Below, piece after piece: positions 1 to 9,726 of a stretch of DNA of 64,000 bases; positions within the stretch are counted from its first letter, which is position 1; every line of letters starts with the position of its first letter. The stretch covers positions 75,055-139,054 of the forward strand of contig DATEZQ010000001.1 of assembly GCA_035583355.1 (NCBI GenBank), in the 5' to 3' direction. The notes under the pieces are model-generated. The model ran no database searches, was not told where the DNA came from, and saw nothing but the letters and a program-made list of their open reading frames with translations. A program made the position numbers and the translations under genes. The stretch is from Minisyncoccota bacterium. Its GTDB lineage: Bacteria; Patescibacteriota; Minisyncoccia; Phycocordibacterales; UBA6899.

Positions 1-321
1 ATTCTCTGCCTCTGCGGCATCCACACTGCTGATTGCATTGCGAATGGTTTCCTCGCTCAGTTCATCATTTGGCCAGACGCCAACCATCTCTTTATACTTT
101 GCGGCAGCTTCAGCGAGCGAGAGCTGGGTGTTCTCTGGTGCAGGATGAGTGACAATCTCTGCAGGGTTGAATACTGGTGTCAGCGGCGCGATTGTGCTTA
201 TAGGTGGCCGTGGCACAGTTTCCTGGGGTATGAATGTGATGACATTATCATGTTGCTCAGAAGGGGTGACAGGCAAGCCGTTCAACTCCTCGGGAGAGAA
301 TAGTGGTGGATGGTCTTCCAT
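1..321 (-). CDS. hypothetical protein, 3' end beyond window start (partial)
   Basis: Open minus-strand frame starting with ATG at 321-319 (MEDHPPLFSPEELNGLPVTPSEQ...) runs uninterrupted to position 1; absent from the ORF track because it has no stop inside the window; no recognisable domain. Confidence 0.35.
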   Translation of the reverse strand, partial: MEDHPPLFSPEELNGLPVTPSEQHDNVITFIPQETVPRPPISTIAPLTPVFNPAEIVTHPAPENTQLSLAEAAAKYKEMVGVWPNDELSEETIRNAISSVDAAEAEN

Positions 322-380
322 ATGCGTTAAGCATAACAAAGGATGCAGAGGGATGCAACGAAAAACAGCCCAAGGCTGTT

Positions 381-791
381 TTAGTGGCTATGTGTTCCGC
401 AATCTGAACATCCGCCTGCCATAAGAATCATTGCCCACTGGTGCGCATATTCAGTCATGCCTTGTTTTGCAAACCATGAGTAAAAAGTGATGAATGTGGG
501 AAGTTCATCAGTATCTCCAGACTCGCGCTTTTCAATAAGAGCATTATAACGCACCACTGCTTGAGTGAAGTGCTTTTCCGCCGACTTACGTAGTGAGGTG
601 GTAGGGATTTCAAGCTCGGCGATCTTTGGATCAGTCTCGAACTCAGTCACGAGTGCATCAAGGCTCTCGCTGATATAGGCAAGCAAGGGATCCGAGTCGC
701 GGTTGAGCGCGCTGCGGACTAAAAGAATTTCGTTGTCGTTGTTTGTCATAAGTGATTGAAGTCGCCTCATAATAACCTGAATATCATTCAA
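381..791 (-). CDS. hypothetical protein
   Basis: 136-aa ORF, divergent from the downstream MazG-like gene; no recognisable motif. Confidence 0.5.
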   Translation of the reverse strand: MNDIQVIMRRLQSLMTNNDNEILLVRSALNRDSDPLLAYISESLDALVTEFETDPKIAELEIPTTSLRKSAEKHFTQAVVRYNALIEKRESGDTDELPTFITFYSWFAKQGMTEYAHQWAMILMAGGCSDCGTHSH

Positions 792-837
792 GTCAAGGTG
801 AGTGACAGTGTGCTATGCCTGCGGTACTATGGGTCAC

Positions 838-1185
838 ATGAACGTAATACAGGAATTATCAAAAGAGATTGTCGATTTTCGTGATGCGCGGGATTGGAAG
901 CAGTTCCATAATCCTAAAGACTGCGCCATCTCACTTTCGCTTGAAGCAGCGGAGGTGCTTGAGCATTTTCAGTGGAAAAACGATGGAGAGATGGCCGAGC
1001 ATGTAGAACGAGAAAAAGAGGCCATCGGTTCAGAACTTGCTGATGTTCTTAATGTAGTCCTGCTTATGAGCTACGATCTTGGAATAGATATCGAAGAGGC
1101 GCTTCGTAAGAAGATGAAGATGAACGGAGAGAAGTATCCTGTCGAGAAATCTAAGGGGAAGCATACGAAATATAATAAACTTTGA
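838..1185 (+). CDS. MazG-like nucleotide pyrophosphohydrolase (NTP-PPase)
   Basis: Motifs FRDARDWKQFHNPKD...LEAAEVLEHFQWK and EEALRKK are typical of the all-alpha MazG/NTP-PPase family; start chosen at internal ATG 838 (ORF opens at 802). Confidence 0.75.
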   Translation: MNVIQELSKEIVDFRDARDWKQFHNPKDCAISLSLEAAEVLEHFQWKNDGEMAEHVEREKEAIGSELADVLNVVLLMSYDLGIDIEEALRKKMKMNGEKYPVEKSKGKHTKYNKL

Positions 1186-1186
1186 T

Positions 1187-1687
1187 ATGCAATTGTTTGT
1201 TTTAAACACCACAACACCACTAGGAAATTTCTGTATGCTTATGGACGAGCACAATGTGGTGCATGCATCGGGTTTTGGTACACCACTAAAGCTCAAGGAT
1301 CGATTGGGGAAGGCATATAAGGACGTGCGTGTTGTACCGTATATCGGAATCCATGAGTACACGCGAAGCTTGGAAAAGTATTTTGCCGGAGAGAAAGATG
1401 CGCTCAAGAATATCAAGAAACAACAATCGGGAAGTGTCTTGCAGAGAAAGGTTTGGCTCCAGATAGAAAAAATAAAGTGGGGTAAAACTGAGTCGTATAA
1501 GTTCATGGCGTCTCGAGTGGGCTATCCTCGTGCGATGCGTGCGGTCGGCTCCGCGTGTGGAGCGAATGCACTTGTACTATTGGTCCCTTGTCACCGCGTG
1601 TTGCGTACTGATGGGGGACCCGGTGGGTATGCCTTCGGTGTGCAGCTAAAAAGGCGACTTCTTGAGATGGAGCGTGGGGGCGCTTAA
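1187..1687 (+). CDS. ogt: methylated-DNA--protein-cysteine S-methyltransferase (MGMT/Ogt)
   Basis: Active-site PCHRV motif (LVPCHRVLRTDGGPGGY) and the conserved helix-turn-helix of the MGMT C-terminal domain. Confidence 0.9.
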   Translation: MQLFVLNTTTPLGNFCMLMDEHNVVHASGFGTPLKLKDRLGKAYKDVRVVPYIGIHEYTRSLEKYFAGEKDALKNIKKQQSGSVLQRKVWLQIEKIKWGKTESYKFMASRVGYPRAMRAVGSACGANALVLLVPCHRVLRTDGGPGGYAFGVQLKRRLLEMERGGA

Positions 1688-2011
1688 CGGGGCGCTATTT
1701 CATGAATGTTATGTGTATAGAATGTGTATAATCTGTGCATTGTAGTAGATTTCTATAGTGCTAGTATTAAAGTAACGGATGACCATGAAATAAAGAAAAT
1801 GGACGAGGAGGGAGACCATTCACCGTATCTTTGCTTGCAAAGCGGTTTCCAAAGTGGCGCCGTTGCAGTACGTGATTATCGCATGCAAAAGTAGACACAT
1901 TCATAGGAATGTATAGTGTTCGCCCAGCGTTATCAGTTAATCTGAGAATTAGTGGTTTCCAGCGATAATGCACGAAGAAAATGACTCACTAGAAAGTGGG
2001 CCATTTTCTTT

Positions 2012-2040
2012 ACATTAAAAAACGAGCCGAAGCCCGTTTA
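2012..2040 (-). terminator. rho-independent terminator downstream of CDF transporter gene
   Basis: Minus-strand hairpin AACGGGC-TTCG-GCTCGTT followed by TTTTTT. Confidence 0.55.
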
Positions 2041-3045
2041 GTTGATTTCAATGTCGACGTATGCGACTTCAGGAAAACGCTCCTTCATTTGCTTCTCAAT
2101 CTTGTCGATATGGTTGCCTACAAGACGGGGGATACGATCGAGCATCTTGAGCATAAGTTTCGCAAACTCGCTATAGTCCTCACGCACTTCATCGAACTCT
2201 TCACGCAGGTCCCCTATGTCATAGATCTCTTCGTAGAGTGGAGATCCGTTCCATTCGACGGTTGCAAATATACGATATTTCCCAACATCGATAGCGGTTG
2301 ATTTGAACTCAAGGATGTGTTCAATACACGGATCTTTGAGGAGGAAATCCATGATATCCTCGCGAATATTCTCATTCAATGGTTTTCCGATAAGATACTG
2401 GTGATTCTTGATGATAAGCAGTATCGCGAGTATGCCGAGAATGAATCCAACGATGATACCGCCTAGTGCATCGTAGAGGTTATTTCCCGTAATGTATACA
2501 AGGGCTTGTGCAAGCATCGCTACCATAACACCGAGCACTGCAGCACCGTCTTCATAGACAACCGCAAGTGTTACGGGATCAGCGTCGGCAAATATCTTAC
2601 GTGATAATTTTTTATTACCCTTCACTTCACGGATAGCAATGAGGAGGGTTGCCCCTTCGACGACGAGCGCGATTACCAAGACAACAAATGTGATGTAGTT
2701 GAATTCCGAGGGTATCGAGGCCTCATTGCGCAAGAGCGAGTCAATAGAGTGGTAGACCGTCACACCTGCACCGATGAATAAGATGCCGCAGGCAGAAATG
2801 AGTGACCAGAAGAAGCGTTCAATACCATATCCATAACCACGATCATCATCGGCGGGACGTTTTGAACGCTTGATGCCGATCAGGAGAAGTGACTGATTGA
2901 GTGTATCAGCGAAGCTATGGACGCTCTCAGCGAACATACTTGTAGAGCCACTGATCATGGCCATCACGGTTTTGAGGATCGTGACGATGGTATTGCCTAT
3001 AAGCGCGGCTATAACTGAGGTCTTGCCGTGAGCATGTGAAGACAT
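2038..3045 (-). CDS. cation diffusion facilitator (CDF) family metal efflux transporter
   Basis: Six-TM N-terminal domain with the HSFADTLN signature of CzcD/FieF-type CDF proteins, plus a cytoplasmic C-terminal domain. Confidence 0.9.
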   Translation of the reverse strand: MSSHAHGKTSVIAALIGNTIVTILKTVMAMISGSTSMFAESVHSFADTLNQSLLLIGIKRSKRPADDDRGYGYGIERFFWSLISACGILFIGAGVTVYHSIDSLLRNEASIPSEFNYITFVVLVIALVVEGATLLIAIREVKGNKKLSRKIFADADPVTLAVVYEDGAAVLGVMVAMLAQALVYITGNNLYDALGGIIVGFILGILAILLIIKNHQYLIGKPLNENIREDIMDFLLKDPCIEHILEFKSTAIDVGKYRIFATVEWNGSPLYEEIYDIGDLREEFDEVREDYSEFAKLMLKMLDRIPRLVGNHIDKIEKQMKERFPEVAYVDIEIN

Positions 3046-3065
3046 TTGATAATGATAGCATGGAA

Positions 3066-3100
3066 TACAAGGGAATAAGGGGATAAGGGAATAAGGGGAT
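3066..3100. repeat. tandem ~16-nt repeat (GGGAATAAGGGGATAA x ~2.5) in divergent promoter region
   Basis: gggaataaggggataagggaataaggggataaag lies between the divergent CDF (-) and dCMP deaminase (+) starts. Confidence 0.5.
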
Positions 3101-3185
3101 AAAGATACTCGATTTGGTCGGATCTCCCTCAGAACCTCATTACCTTGAATTTAGTAATTTCTCCAAATTCTGCTACTATTTACCT

Positions 3186-3659
3186 ATGACTTATGAACGC
3201 CCAGATTGGGATACCTATTTTATGAATATTTGTGAAGCGGTCGGCGCGCGTTCGACGTGTGATCGTGGGCGCGTGGGTACTGTAGTGACACGCGACAATC
3301 ATATCCTTTCTACTGGTTATGCTGGGGCTCCGCGCAAGCTTCCATCTTGCGATGAGGTGGGTCATGAATTTCATACGGTGAAGCATGCTGATGGACATGA
3401 GACTCAGCACTGTATACGTACGGCCCATGCCGAGCAGAATGCCATTGTTGAAGCTGCACGCGTGGGAATCGCGCTTGATGGCTCTACTATTTATGTGCGC
3501 ATGACTCCATGCTATATCTGCGCGAAGATGATTGTGAATGCGGGCGTAAAGCGAGTTGTTGCAAAACAGGATTATCACGCAGCAGATCGTTCGAAGGAAA
3601 TATTGAAAGAGGCGGGAGTGAAGCTCGATATTTTGGAAGAGGCAGTCGTGAAATACTAA
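3186..3659 (+). CDS. deoxycytidylate (dCMP) deaminase
   Basis: Zinc-binding cytidine/dCMP deaminase motifs HAEQNAI and PCYICAKMIVNAG; start at ATG 3186 (MTYERPDW). Confidence 0.85.
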   Translation: MTYERPDWDTYFMNICEAVGARSTCDRGRVGTVVTRDNHILSTGYAGAPRKLPSCDEVGHEFHTVKHADGHETQHCIRTAHAEQNAIVEAARVGIALDGSTIYVRMTPCYICAKMIVNAGVKRVVAKQDYHAADRSKEILKEAGVKLDILEEAVVKY

Positions 3660-3662
3660 GTA

Positions 3663-3692
3663 AAAATGCCCCGCGTTTGCGGGGCATTTGTA
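3663..3692. terminator. bidirectional hairpin terminator
   Basis: AAAATGCCCCGC-GTTT-GCGGGGCATTT between convergent genes. Confidence 0.6.
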
Positions 3693-3703
3693 TTGATTTT
3701 GGA

Positions 3704-4702
3704 TTAAGCTTCGGACGATTCGAGTTCACGCACTTTGGGCGCTGCTAAATCCATCAGGGTGGCGAGTGCATCAGCAAGCCTGAACTTGTTCACTCGAGAG
3801 TAATCAAACTTCCTGTTCTCGCTGGTGCCGCGCTGAAAGAGGCCGCCTGCGGGAGTGATGTGCCACTCCGAGCGTTCGCGAGCTTCGTCGATGAGGGCCA
3901 TGATGGTGACGTCGTCGAGCTTGATCTTCACGCTAGGGTGACGAAGGATGCCGAGGTTGTAGCCATCATTGAAGATGATGACCTTCACTCCATGATCATG
4001 GAAGAGCGCACCGTGCACAGGGCTATTTGCCGCACGCGCAGTGATGGCAATCCGTCCTTCGTGGATGAGCTCTGTCCTCTCGGCTGCTTCCTTGATCTGA
4101 ATGCGCGACTTGCCCGACTTCAGCATGCCATCGAAGAGCTCGCTCATGCGCGAGAAGTGCACGTCTCCACCGTGGGGGTAGAGAGACTTCAGGGCACAGA
4201 GGACTGCATCGATGCCCGTATGAGAGATCACTGATTGCAACTCCTTCTTTCCGTTTGGGGAAAGGAGCTGGCCCATTGTCTTCAGGGGGTGCATGAGGCT
4301 GACGTAACGCGAGAGGTCTGCAAGCGCCTGCTTGTCGGCCTCCGTACCATACTTTTTGAGAATGGCAGGGAAGGTCTCGAGTAAACGCCCATTCATCGTG
4401 GCCTTTTCGGCCTTGGTGAGGGTGTCCTCGGTACCGACGAAAAGGTCGTTGGGCTTCACGTCCTTCAGGGGCGGAAAGCGCTTCATGAACTTGACTTCGG
4501 CCGCCTTGCGCTCAGGAATGAACGTCTTGGTCGCCCAGAGCGCGGCGAGGACGGGGAGGTTTGCTGAGCCGAGAACCCAGATATTCGTTACGAGCACGAT
4601 TACTCCTTCGATTGCGCAGGTGCGCATTGTAAGGTGGAAAAGAACGAAAATTGCGCCAAATGCGCAATGGCACGCGACGTGCTGCCGTTGTAGTGATAAC
4701 AT
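3704..4702 (-). CDS. hypothetical protein (start uncertain)
   Basis: 332-aa ORF with a hydrophobic N-terminus; no confident family assignment. Confidence 0.5.
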   Translation of the reverse strand: MLSLQRQHVACHCAFGAIFVLFHLTMRTCAIEGVIVLVTNIWVLGSANLPVLAALWATKTFIPERKAAEVKFMKRFPPLKDVKPNDLFVGTEDTLTKAEKATMNGRLLETFPAILKKYGTEADKQALADLSRYVSLMHPLKTMGQLLSPNGKKELQSVISHTGIDAVLCALKSLYPHGGDVHFSRMSELFDGMLKSGKSRIQIKEAAERTELIHEGRIAITARAANSPVHGALFHDHGVKVIIFNDGYNLGILRHPSVKIKLDDVTIMALIDEARERSEWHITPAGGLFQRGTSENRKFDYSRVNKFRLADALATLMDLAAPKVRELESSEA

Positions 4703-4758
4703 GATATTTCACCTCAGTCAAGATGACTCCATAGGGTCTTGACGCTCTCTTCTCCTTC

Positions 4759-5052
4759 GTGTATTATTCAAACATGCATTTGAATGAACTGGCAAAAAAG
4801 ATTCGCACTGTTGGGGACGAGAGCCGTTTGCGCATACTTTGCGTCATATTTGAAGGGCGCAAAATCTGCGTTTCAGAGATTGCTGCGAAGCTCGATATGA
4901 GTGTAGCTATTGTCTCACACCATCTTCGTGCCTTGCAGGATGAGGGATTGCTTATTCCAATGCGCGATGGAAAGCATGTTTGCTATGAAATTTCGGATGA
5001 AAAGTTCATGGAGGACTTAAAAAAGTTTATTTGTAAATATAACGCTGAATAA
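4759..5052 (+). CDS. ArsR/SmtB family transcriptional regulator
   Basis: Winged-HTH ESRLRILCVIFEGRKICVSEIAAKLDMSVAIVSHHLRALQDEGLL. Confidence 0.8.
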   Translation: MYYSNMHLNELAKKIRTVGDESRLRILCVIFEGRKICVSEIAAKLDMSVAIVSHHLRALQDEGLLIPMRDGKHVCYEISDEKFMEDLKKFICKYNAE

Positions 5053-5053
5053 T

Positions 5054-5293
5054 ATGAATACTAAAGAAGTAATCGTTTACTCAACACCGAGCTGCCCATA
5101 CTGCGTCTACGCAAAGCAGTATTTTACTGAGCATGGTGTGACATTTAAGGATATCGACGTGAGCCGAGATCGTGCTGCGGCGATGGAAATGGTCCAGAAG
5201 TCTGGTCAAATGGGTGTTCCTGTCATTGATATTGGTGGCGAAATCACTGTTGGTTTCCGTCCTGATGTTTTTGCAAAGCAGCTCGGCCTATAG
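5054..5293 (+). CDS. glutaredoxin-like protein (NrdH/YruB type)
   Basis: 79 aa with a CPYC active site and thioredoxin-fold pattern; start 2 nt after the ArsR stop. Confidence 0.8.
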   Translation: MNTKEVIVYSTPSCPYCVYAKQYFTEHGVTFKDIDVSRDRAAAMEMVQKSGQMGVPVIDIGGEITVGFRPDVFAKQLGL

Positions 5294-5342
5294 AACGAAA
5301 GCACCACATCGTGGTGTTTTTTGTTGGTGATATAATAGTTGC

Positions 5343-5741
5343 ATGGAAAAGATTGCGCAGTTTGTTCGTGAGAAAAATGAATTACTCCGCGCAACGCCAG
5401 ATCTTTCGCTGCGTACGTTGTATGTTGTTGTATCTCTGTGTCTCGTTGTCTCTGCGTATTTGCTTGGAGAAATGCATGGTCGCTCCAGTGTCGCAGAAAG
5501 CCAATTAAGTGTTTCTGGCGCGTTAGCCTATGTGCCATATGATAAGACGCCGCTTCTTGCTACTGGAAATGGTTCCGAGAAAGCCGCAAAGAATTTTGTG
5601 GCGTCTGTAAGTGGGAAACTCTATTATCCTGCAGATTGTAAGGCGGCACAGCGCATCAAGGAAGAGAATAGAATATGGTTTGCAACACTCGCAGAAGCGA
5701 AATTAAGTGGCTTGTCGCCATCACCGCAATGTAACCGTTAG
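5343..5741 (+). CDS. membrane-anchored protein with C-terminal Ada-like Cys-rich metal-binding domain
   Basis: N-terminal TM helix; C-terminus YYPADCKAAQRIKEENRIWFATLAEAKLSGLSPSPQC resembles the Ada-type metal-binding / sunset-like domain. Confidence 0.5.
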   Translation: MEKIAQFVREKNELLRATPDLSLRTLYVVVSLCLVVSAYLLGEMHGRSSVAESQLSVSGALAYVPYDKTPLLATGNGSEKAAKNFVASVSGKLYYPADCKAAQRIKEENRIWFATLAEAKLSGLSPSPQCNR

Positions 5742-5778
5742 CTTGTGAGACAGTTAGAATGTTCTACGATATAATCAC

Positions 5779-6885
5779 ATGATGGATAGGATCTCGAAAG
5801 CATTATTGTTCTATTTGCGCTACAGACATACATTCAGTCCGATTATTTTTGCTATCACGTTTATTATAGACGTGGCAACATTTCCGCAAGTTGATTCCCC
5901 GAGGGCGATACTTCTTGCATCGATCTACGCAGGGTTAACACTATTCCTTCTTTTTGTCTTTGCGCGAAGTGCAGAAGGCGATATGTCTGATGGGAAAAGT
6001 AGGCGATGGGACCCCACGGTGAAACTCATACTCGATATCCTTTTGCAGTTTGCGTTTGGTGCATTCGCCAGTGTGCTCTTCGTATCATATCTTAAGGGTT
6101 CAGATGTGATTACGAGTATTCCATTCCTGCTCATCTTATTTGTATTTGTTACGGGAAATGAGTTCGCAAGTAATCACCGTTCGCGCGTGTGGGTTCGGTT
6201 TAGTGCCACACTTTTCCTTTGTTACGCCTATTTACTCTATCTTGTTCCACTCGTTCGGAATGAATTAGGTTTCACTTCGCTCTCGATAAGTACTGCACTC
6301 ACGGGTGGACTTGCAGTTTTCATGCTTATGCTTCTTGGTGCTACAGCACCACGCCTCTTCATGAAGACTAAGGTAGTCCTCATTTCTGCAACTATAGCGA
6401 TTTTGCTTGGTATTCCACTGCTTATTTATTCAGGAAGCATTCCTCCGCTCCCGCTCATGTTGCGTGAGGGTACAGTCCTTCATGACATAAGTCGAGTTAA
6501 TGCTACGGATTATCTTGCACTGCAAGAGCCGCAAGCGATATACGCACGCTTTGGTCTTCCAAGATTGTTGCCGCGGTATCATGTAAGGACGGGTGAAGGC
6601 CTTACATTCTTTACTGCAGTTTATGCACCCGCTGATATTAAGACCAATCTTATACATCGCTGGGAACGCTTTGATCCAGCTTTGGGAGAGTACGTTCAGC
6701 GTTCGGTGATCCCTCTTGTGATTTCAGGTGGCCGTCAAAATGGTTATCGTACCTATTCAACTGTTGATTCGATTGAACCAGGCACGTGGAGGGTGGTTGC
6801 AGAACTTGGAGCCAAGCAGATCCTTGGATATCGCACATTCGAAGTACTCGTAGGGAATCCGTCATTGAAAGAGGTAATCAAATAA
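5779..6885 (+). CDS. polytopic membrane protein, unknown function
   Basis: 368 aa with at least 8 predicted TM helices. Confidence 0.6.
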   Translation: MMDRISKALLFYLRYRHTFSPIIFAITFIIDVATFPQVDSPRAILLASIYAGLTLFLLFVFARSAEGDMSDGKSRRWDPTVKLILDILLQFAFGAFASVLFVSYLKGSDVITSIPFLLILFVFVTGNEFASNHRSRVWVRFSATLFLCYAYLLYLVPLVRNELGFTSLSISTALTGGLAVFMLMLLGATAPRLFMKTKVVLISATIAILLGIPLLIYSGSIPPLPLMLREGTVLHDISRVNATDYLALQEPQAIYARFGLPRLLPRYHVRTGEGLTFFTAVYAPADIKTNLIHRWERFDPALGEYVQRSVIPLVISGGRQNGYRTYSTVDSIEPGTWRVVAELGAKQILGYRTFEVLVGNPSLKEVIK

Positions 6886-6912
6886 AAAACACAATGCGAT
6901 GCATTGTGTTTT

Positions 6913-8190
6913 TTATTTGTATAATACTGAGGATTTTCCTGCGACAAATCCTGTGGTCCAGCAGAGTTGTAGGCTGTAGCCCCCAGACGGTCGATCAATA
7001 TCAAGTACATCACCTGTTACGAAAAGATTCGCAAGGCGCTTTGAGCACATCGTGCGCATTTCAACTTCGGAAAGGGGAAGTCCACCAGAGGTCACAATCG
7101 CCTTATCGGTACCAAGTAGACCGGTTGGTGTAAGCGTAATGTGTTTAACAAGTCCCACTATCGCAAGCCGCTCTGCACGAGTAAGTTGATGAACCTTCTT
7201 CTCGCCATCAAGCTTGAGCTTCTCAAGCACCCCCTCAGCAAGCGACTTCTCGAAGATTTCTGGTAACGCGTTACGTAGCAGTTTGTTCTGCAGAGGCTGT
7301 AATTTCTCTTGGATCATGCGATCAAGTGCACCCTCATCGGTTTTTGGAAAAACATCAATCTCGATAGTAATTAAGTCTTCCATCATCAACGTCCAAATTT
7401 CCTTACTCATATTAAGTATGAGCGGTCCTGAAAGTCCAAAGTGGGTGAAGAGTATGCGGCCTGTTTTCTTCGCAACAACTTTTTTGTCACGTATGAGTGA
7501 GACTTTTGCTGCTTCAAAGGCAAGTCCGAGCATTCCATGAGTCCAACGCTCAAGGGTTTTTACGGGTACGAGTGAGGGGTTAGAATCATGAATCGTATGT
7601 CCTAATGATGAAAGCCATTTGAACCCGTCTCCTGTCGATCCTGTCTCGGGTCGCGAAGTGCCGCCTGTTGCAATGATGAATGCGTCTCCCTTTATGACTC
7701 TTCCGTCATCAAGGCGAACGCTCGCGATATGGTCACCATCTTTAAGTAGTTCCGCGACTCTTGCATTATATTGAATTGAGACACCTTGCCGTGCAAGTTC
7801 TGCGCCAAGTACTTCCCACACGGTTCGAGCACTATTTGTTATCGGAAACATGCGGCCCCCAGGCTCTTCTTTCATGCGCAGACCAAGCTCCGCAAAGAAT
7901 TTAATAGTATCTGCAACTGCGAATTGAGCAAAAGGGGAGTGAAGAAAATCACTCGCATCTTTGTATTTTGTCAGTAGCTTACGATTATCGATTTCGTTAT
8001 TTGTGATATTGCAGCGCCCTCCGCCTGTAATAAGCAATTTCTCACCAAGGCGGCTATTTCGTTCAAGTAAAACCACTTTTCCACCGATTCTTGCTGCAGT
8101 AATTGCAGCCATCATGCCCGCCGGTCCTCCGCCGATAACGACGACTGTTCGTTGCGCTGTTTCTCTCGGCGAAATATTCATACTAGACAT
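6913..8190 (-). CDS. NAD(P)/FAD-dependent oxidoreductase, HI0933/BaiN-like flavoprotein
   Basis: N-terminal VVVIGGGPAGMMAA dinucleotide-binding motif and GGGRCNITN signature of the HI0933 family. Confidence 0.85.
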   Translation of the reverse strand: MSSMNISPRETAQRTVVVIGGGPAGMMAAITAARIGGKVVLLERNSRLGEKLLITGGGRCNITNNEIDNRKLLTKYKDASDFLHSPFAQFAVADTIKFFAELGLRMKEEPGGRMFPITNSARTVWEVLGAELARQGVSIQYNARVAELLKDGDHIASVRLDDGRVIKGDAFIIATGGTSRPETGSTGDGFKWLSSLGHTIHDSNPSLVPVKTLERWTHGMLGLAFEAAKVSLIRDKKVVAKKTGRILFTHFGLSGPLILNMSKEIWTLMMEDLITIEIDVFPKTDEGALDRMIQEKLQPLQNKLLRNALPEIFEKSLAEGVLEKLKLDGEKKVHQLTRAERLAIVGLVKHITLTPTGLLGTDKAIVTSGGLPLSEVEMRTMCSKRLANLFVTGDVLDIDRPSGGYSLQLCWTTGFVAGKSSVLYK

Positions 8191-8319
8191 ACTACTGTAT
8201 CTATTGCGCTAATACAAGGTGAATTGCGGTTACTACTATATATGTAATAATTAGTATATAATAATATAGTAATGGAGCAAACTTAACGCGCAGTTTGCAC
8301 CGTATGAACTTACGTACAT

Positions 8320-8811
8320 ATGAAACATCACATCCCCATAGAAAGGACAAGGGCAGACAGCAAAGAGCGCGCAGTGCCCATTCGTCACAAAGGTGCAACT
8401 GTGCTGGGGGCAATATTCTGGACACTACTCGTGCTCTCAAGCGGCGCCTATGCAGTCTGGTACTTTGCCGAGTATAAGAAGTCAGGCCTTGCTAGTGTAG
8501 GCATTATGACATCCAACAGCTCGACGGATGATTATCTTGCTGCAATTGCACGCAAGATTCTGCTTCCGAAGGATAATACAGCACCGAGAGTTGCGGTGAT
8601 TACTGATCCACATACGCTCGTCAATGAGCAGGAATTTTACAGAGGAGCAGAAGCGGGAGATATTCTTGTCGTCTTTGAGGAGTCGAAGCGGGCCATACTC
8701 TATAGCCCTCGACGCGATATTATCGTTAATGTTGGTCCCGTTATTCCACGCAGCCTATCAGTGAATGCTGAAAAACCGGAAATCCTTGAAGATGATATTG
8801 GGCTGCAGTAA
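8320..8811 (+). CDS. hypothetical membrane-anchored protein
   Basis: Single TM near the N-terminus; no known domain. Confidence 0.5.
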   Translation: MKHHIPIERTRADSKERAVPIRHKGATVLGAIFWTLLVLSSGAYAVWYFAEYKKSGLASVGIMTSNSSTDDYLAAIARKILLPKDNTAPRVAVITDPHTLVNEQEFYRGAEAGDILVVFEESKRAILYSPRRDIIVNVGPVIPRSLSVNAEKPEILEDDIGLQ

Positions 8812-8822
8812 TTCTTAAGAAT

Positions 8823-9290
8823 ATGCGAATATTCACAGACTACATTGCAGGTATATCACTGTTTCTTACTCAAACAAATTTCTTTGGGTTCAGTCTCGGT
8901 ACTGTGATCATCGCATCTTGTCTCATTATCCTTGTGATTGCTGGAATCGTATTTGCGCTGAGGCTTGCTAACGAATTGCTATGTGTATCGAAGCAGCGAA
9001 CTCCTGATTATCTTTTTATTAAAAAAGCAGATCGAGAGTGGTACATACTTGCAGCAATGTTGCTTGGAAGAGCGGAATGTGTTGTGGGGCGAGGCGTACG
9101 AACTATCGTTCGAGCTATTCCTGGAATCAAACTAAATGATGCTGGTGCATTTGATTCACTCGGTGCCGTTCCATTTGAGGGGCTGCTTGCAGTTGCTCGT
9201 GTGCTTCATAAGGAGGCAGGAATACTCACACTGGTGCCACTATTCATGAATAAGGACACGCGTCGTGTACTCCATCTCATTTCGCATTAA
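8823..9290 (+). CDS. hypothetical membrane protein
   Basis: 155-aa ORF with a hydrophobic N-terminal segment. Confidence 0.45.
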   Translation: MRIFTDYIAGISLFLTQTNFFGFSLGTVIIASCLIILVIAGIVFALRLANELLCVSKQRTPDYLFIKKADREWYILAAMLLGRAECVVGRGVRTIVRAIPGIKLNDAGAFDSLGAVPFEGLLAVARVLHKEAGILTLVPLFMNKDTRRVLHLISH

Positions 9291-9294
9291 TTAT

Positions 9295-9726
9295 ATGTCT
9301 ACCTCTCAAAACATTACGTTAGCGCTTATTGATGAAAACCCACGAACGAGGTGGGAGATTGTTGCTGCACTCCTTGGTGTCGGTCTCACTGCAAAGGTGA
9401 TTTCGATAGAAAATCAACAGTCCGCGCGCGAGGTGCTTTCGGGAGAAGAACGTATCGATCTTATTATTGCGGATCCATTCGCATTCCTTGGTCATGGGGT
9501 AGAGATTATTGCCACAATCCGTACACATTCGGCAGGAAAACATCTCCCACTTCTTATTTATTCCTCCTGCGGAAAAAAGAATTGGGGAGGTGCTGTTTGT
9601 GTTCCTAAGCCAGCCCATAGTGTGCAGCTTGCGGGTGCAATTTTACGTTGCCTTCCTCGAGGGCGACTGAGTATGCTTTCGCCGCTTGCGGCACGTGCAA
9701 TTGCGCTTTCATCACCTACGTCATGA
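9295..9726 (+). CDS. receiver (REC)-like domain protein, probably degenerate
   Basis: CheY-like alternation (IALIDENP...IDLIIADP...) without an output domain; ATGA overlap with the downstream kinase start. Confidence 0.55.
   Translation: MSTSQNITLALIDENPRTRWEIVAALLGVGLTAKVISIENQQSAREVLSGEERIDLIIADPFAFLGHGVEIIATIRTHSAGKHLPLLIYSSCGKKNWGGAVCVPKPAHSVQLAGAILRCLPRGRLSMLSPLAARAIALSSPTS

Noticed and set aside
149-424. 91-aa plus-strand ORF at window start
   Set aside because: It overlaps two minus-strand ORFs, the open frame 1-321 and 381-791, and its composition is atypical. It is most likely non-coding on this strand.
1767-1973. 68-aa minus-strand ORF in the convergent intergenic region between ogt and the CDF gene
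   Set aside because: It has no recognisable features and lies in a region expected to hold terminators for two convergent genes. Its Arg/His/Cys-rich composition is typical of random GC-moderate ORFs. It is not excluded, only unsupported.
3180-3578. 132-aa minus-strand ORF
   Set aside because: It is fully antisense to the well-supported dCMP deaminase gene. The same applies to the many other antisense or overlapping ORFs in the track inside uvrA, uvrB, leuS, clpB, infB and the histidine kinases, for example 24673-25080, 19308-19550, 32425-32853, 59181-59666, 53143-53529 and 10599-10820.
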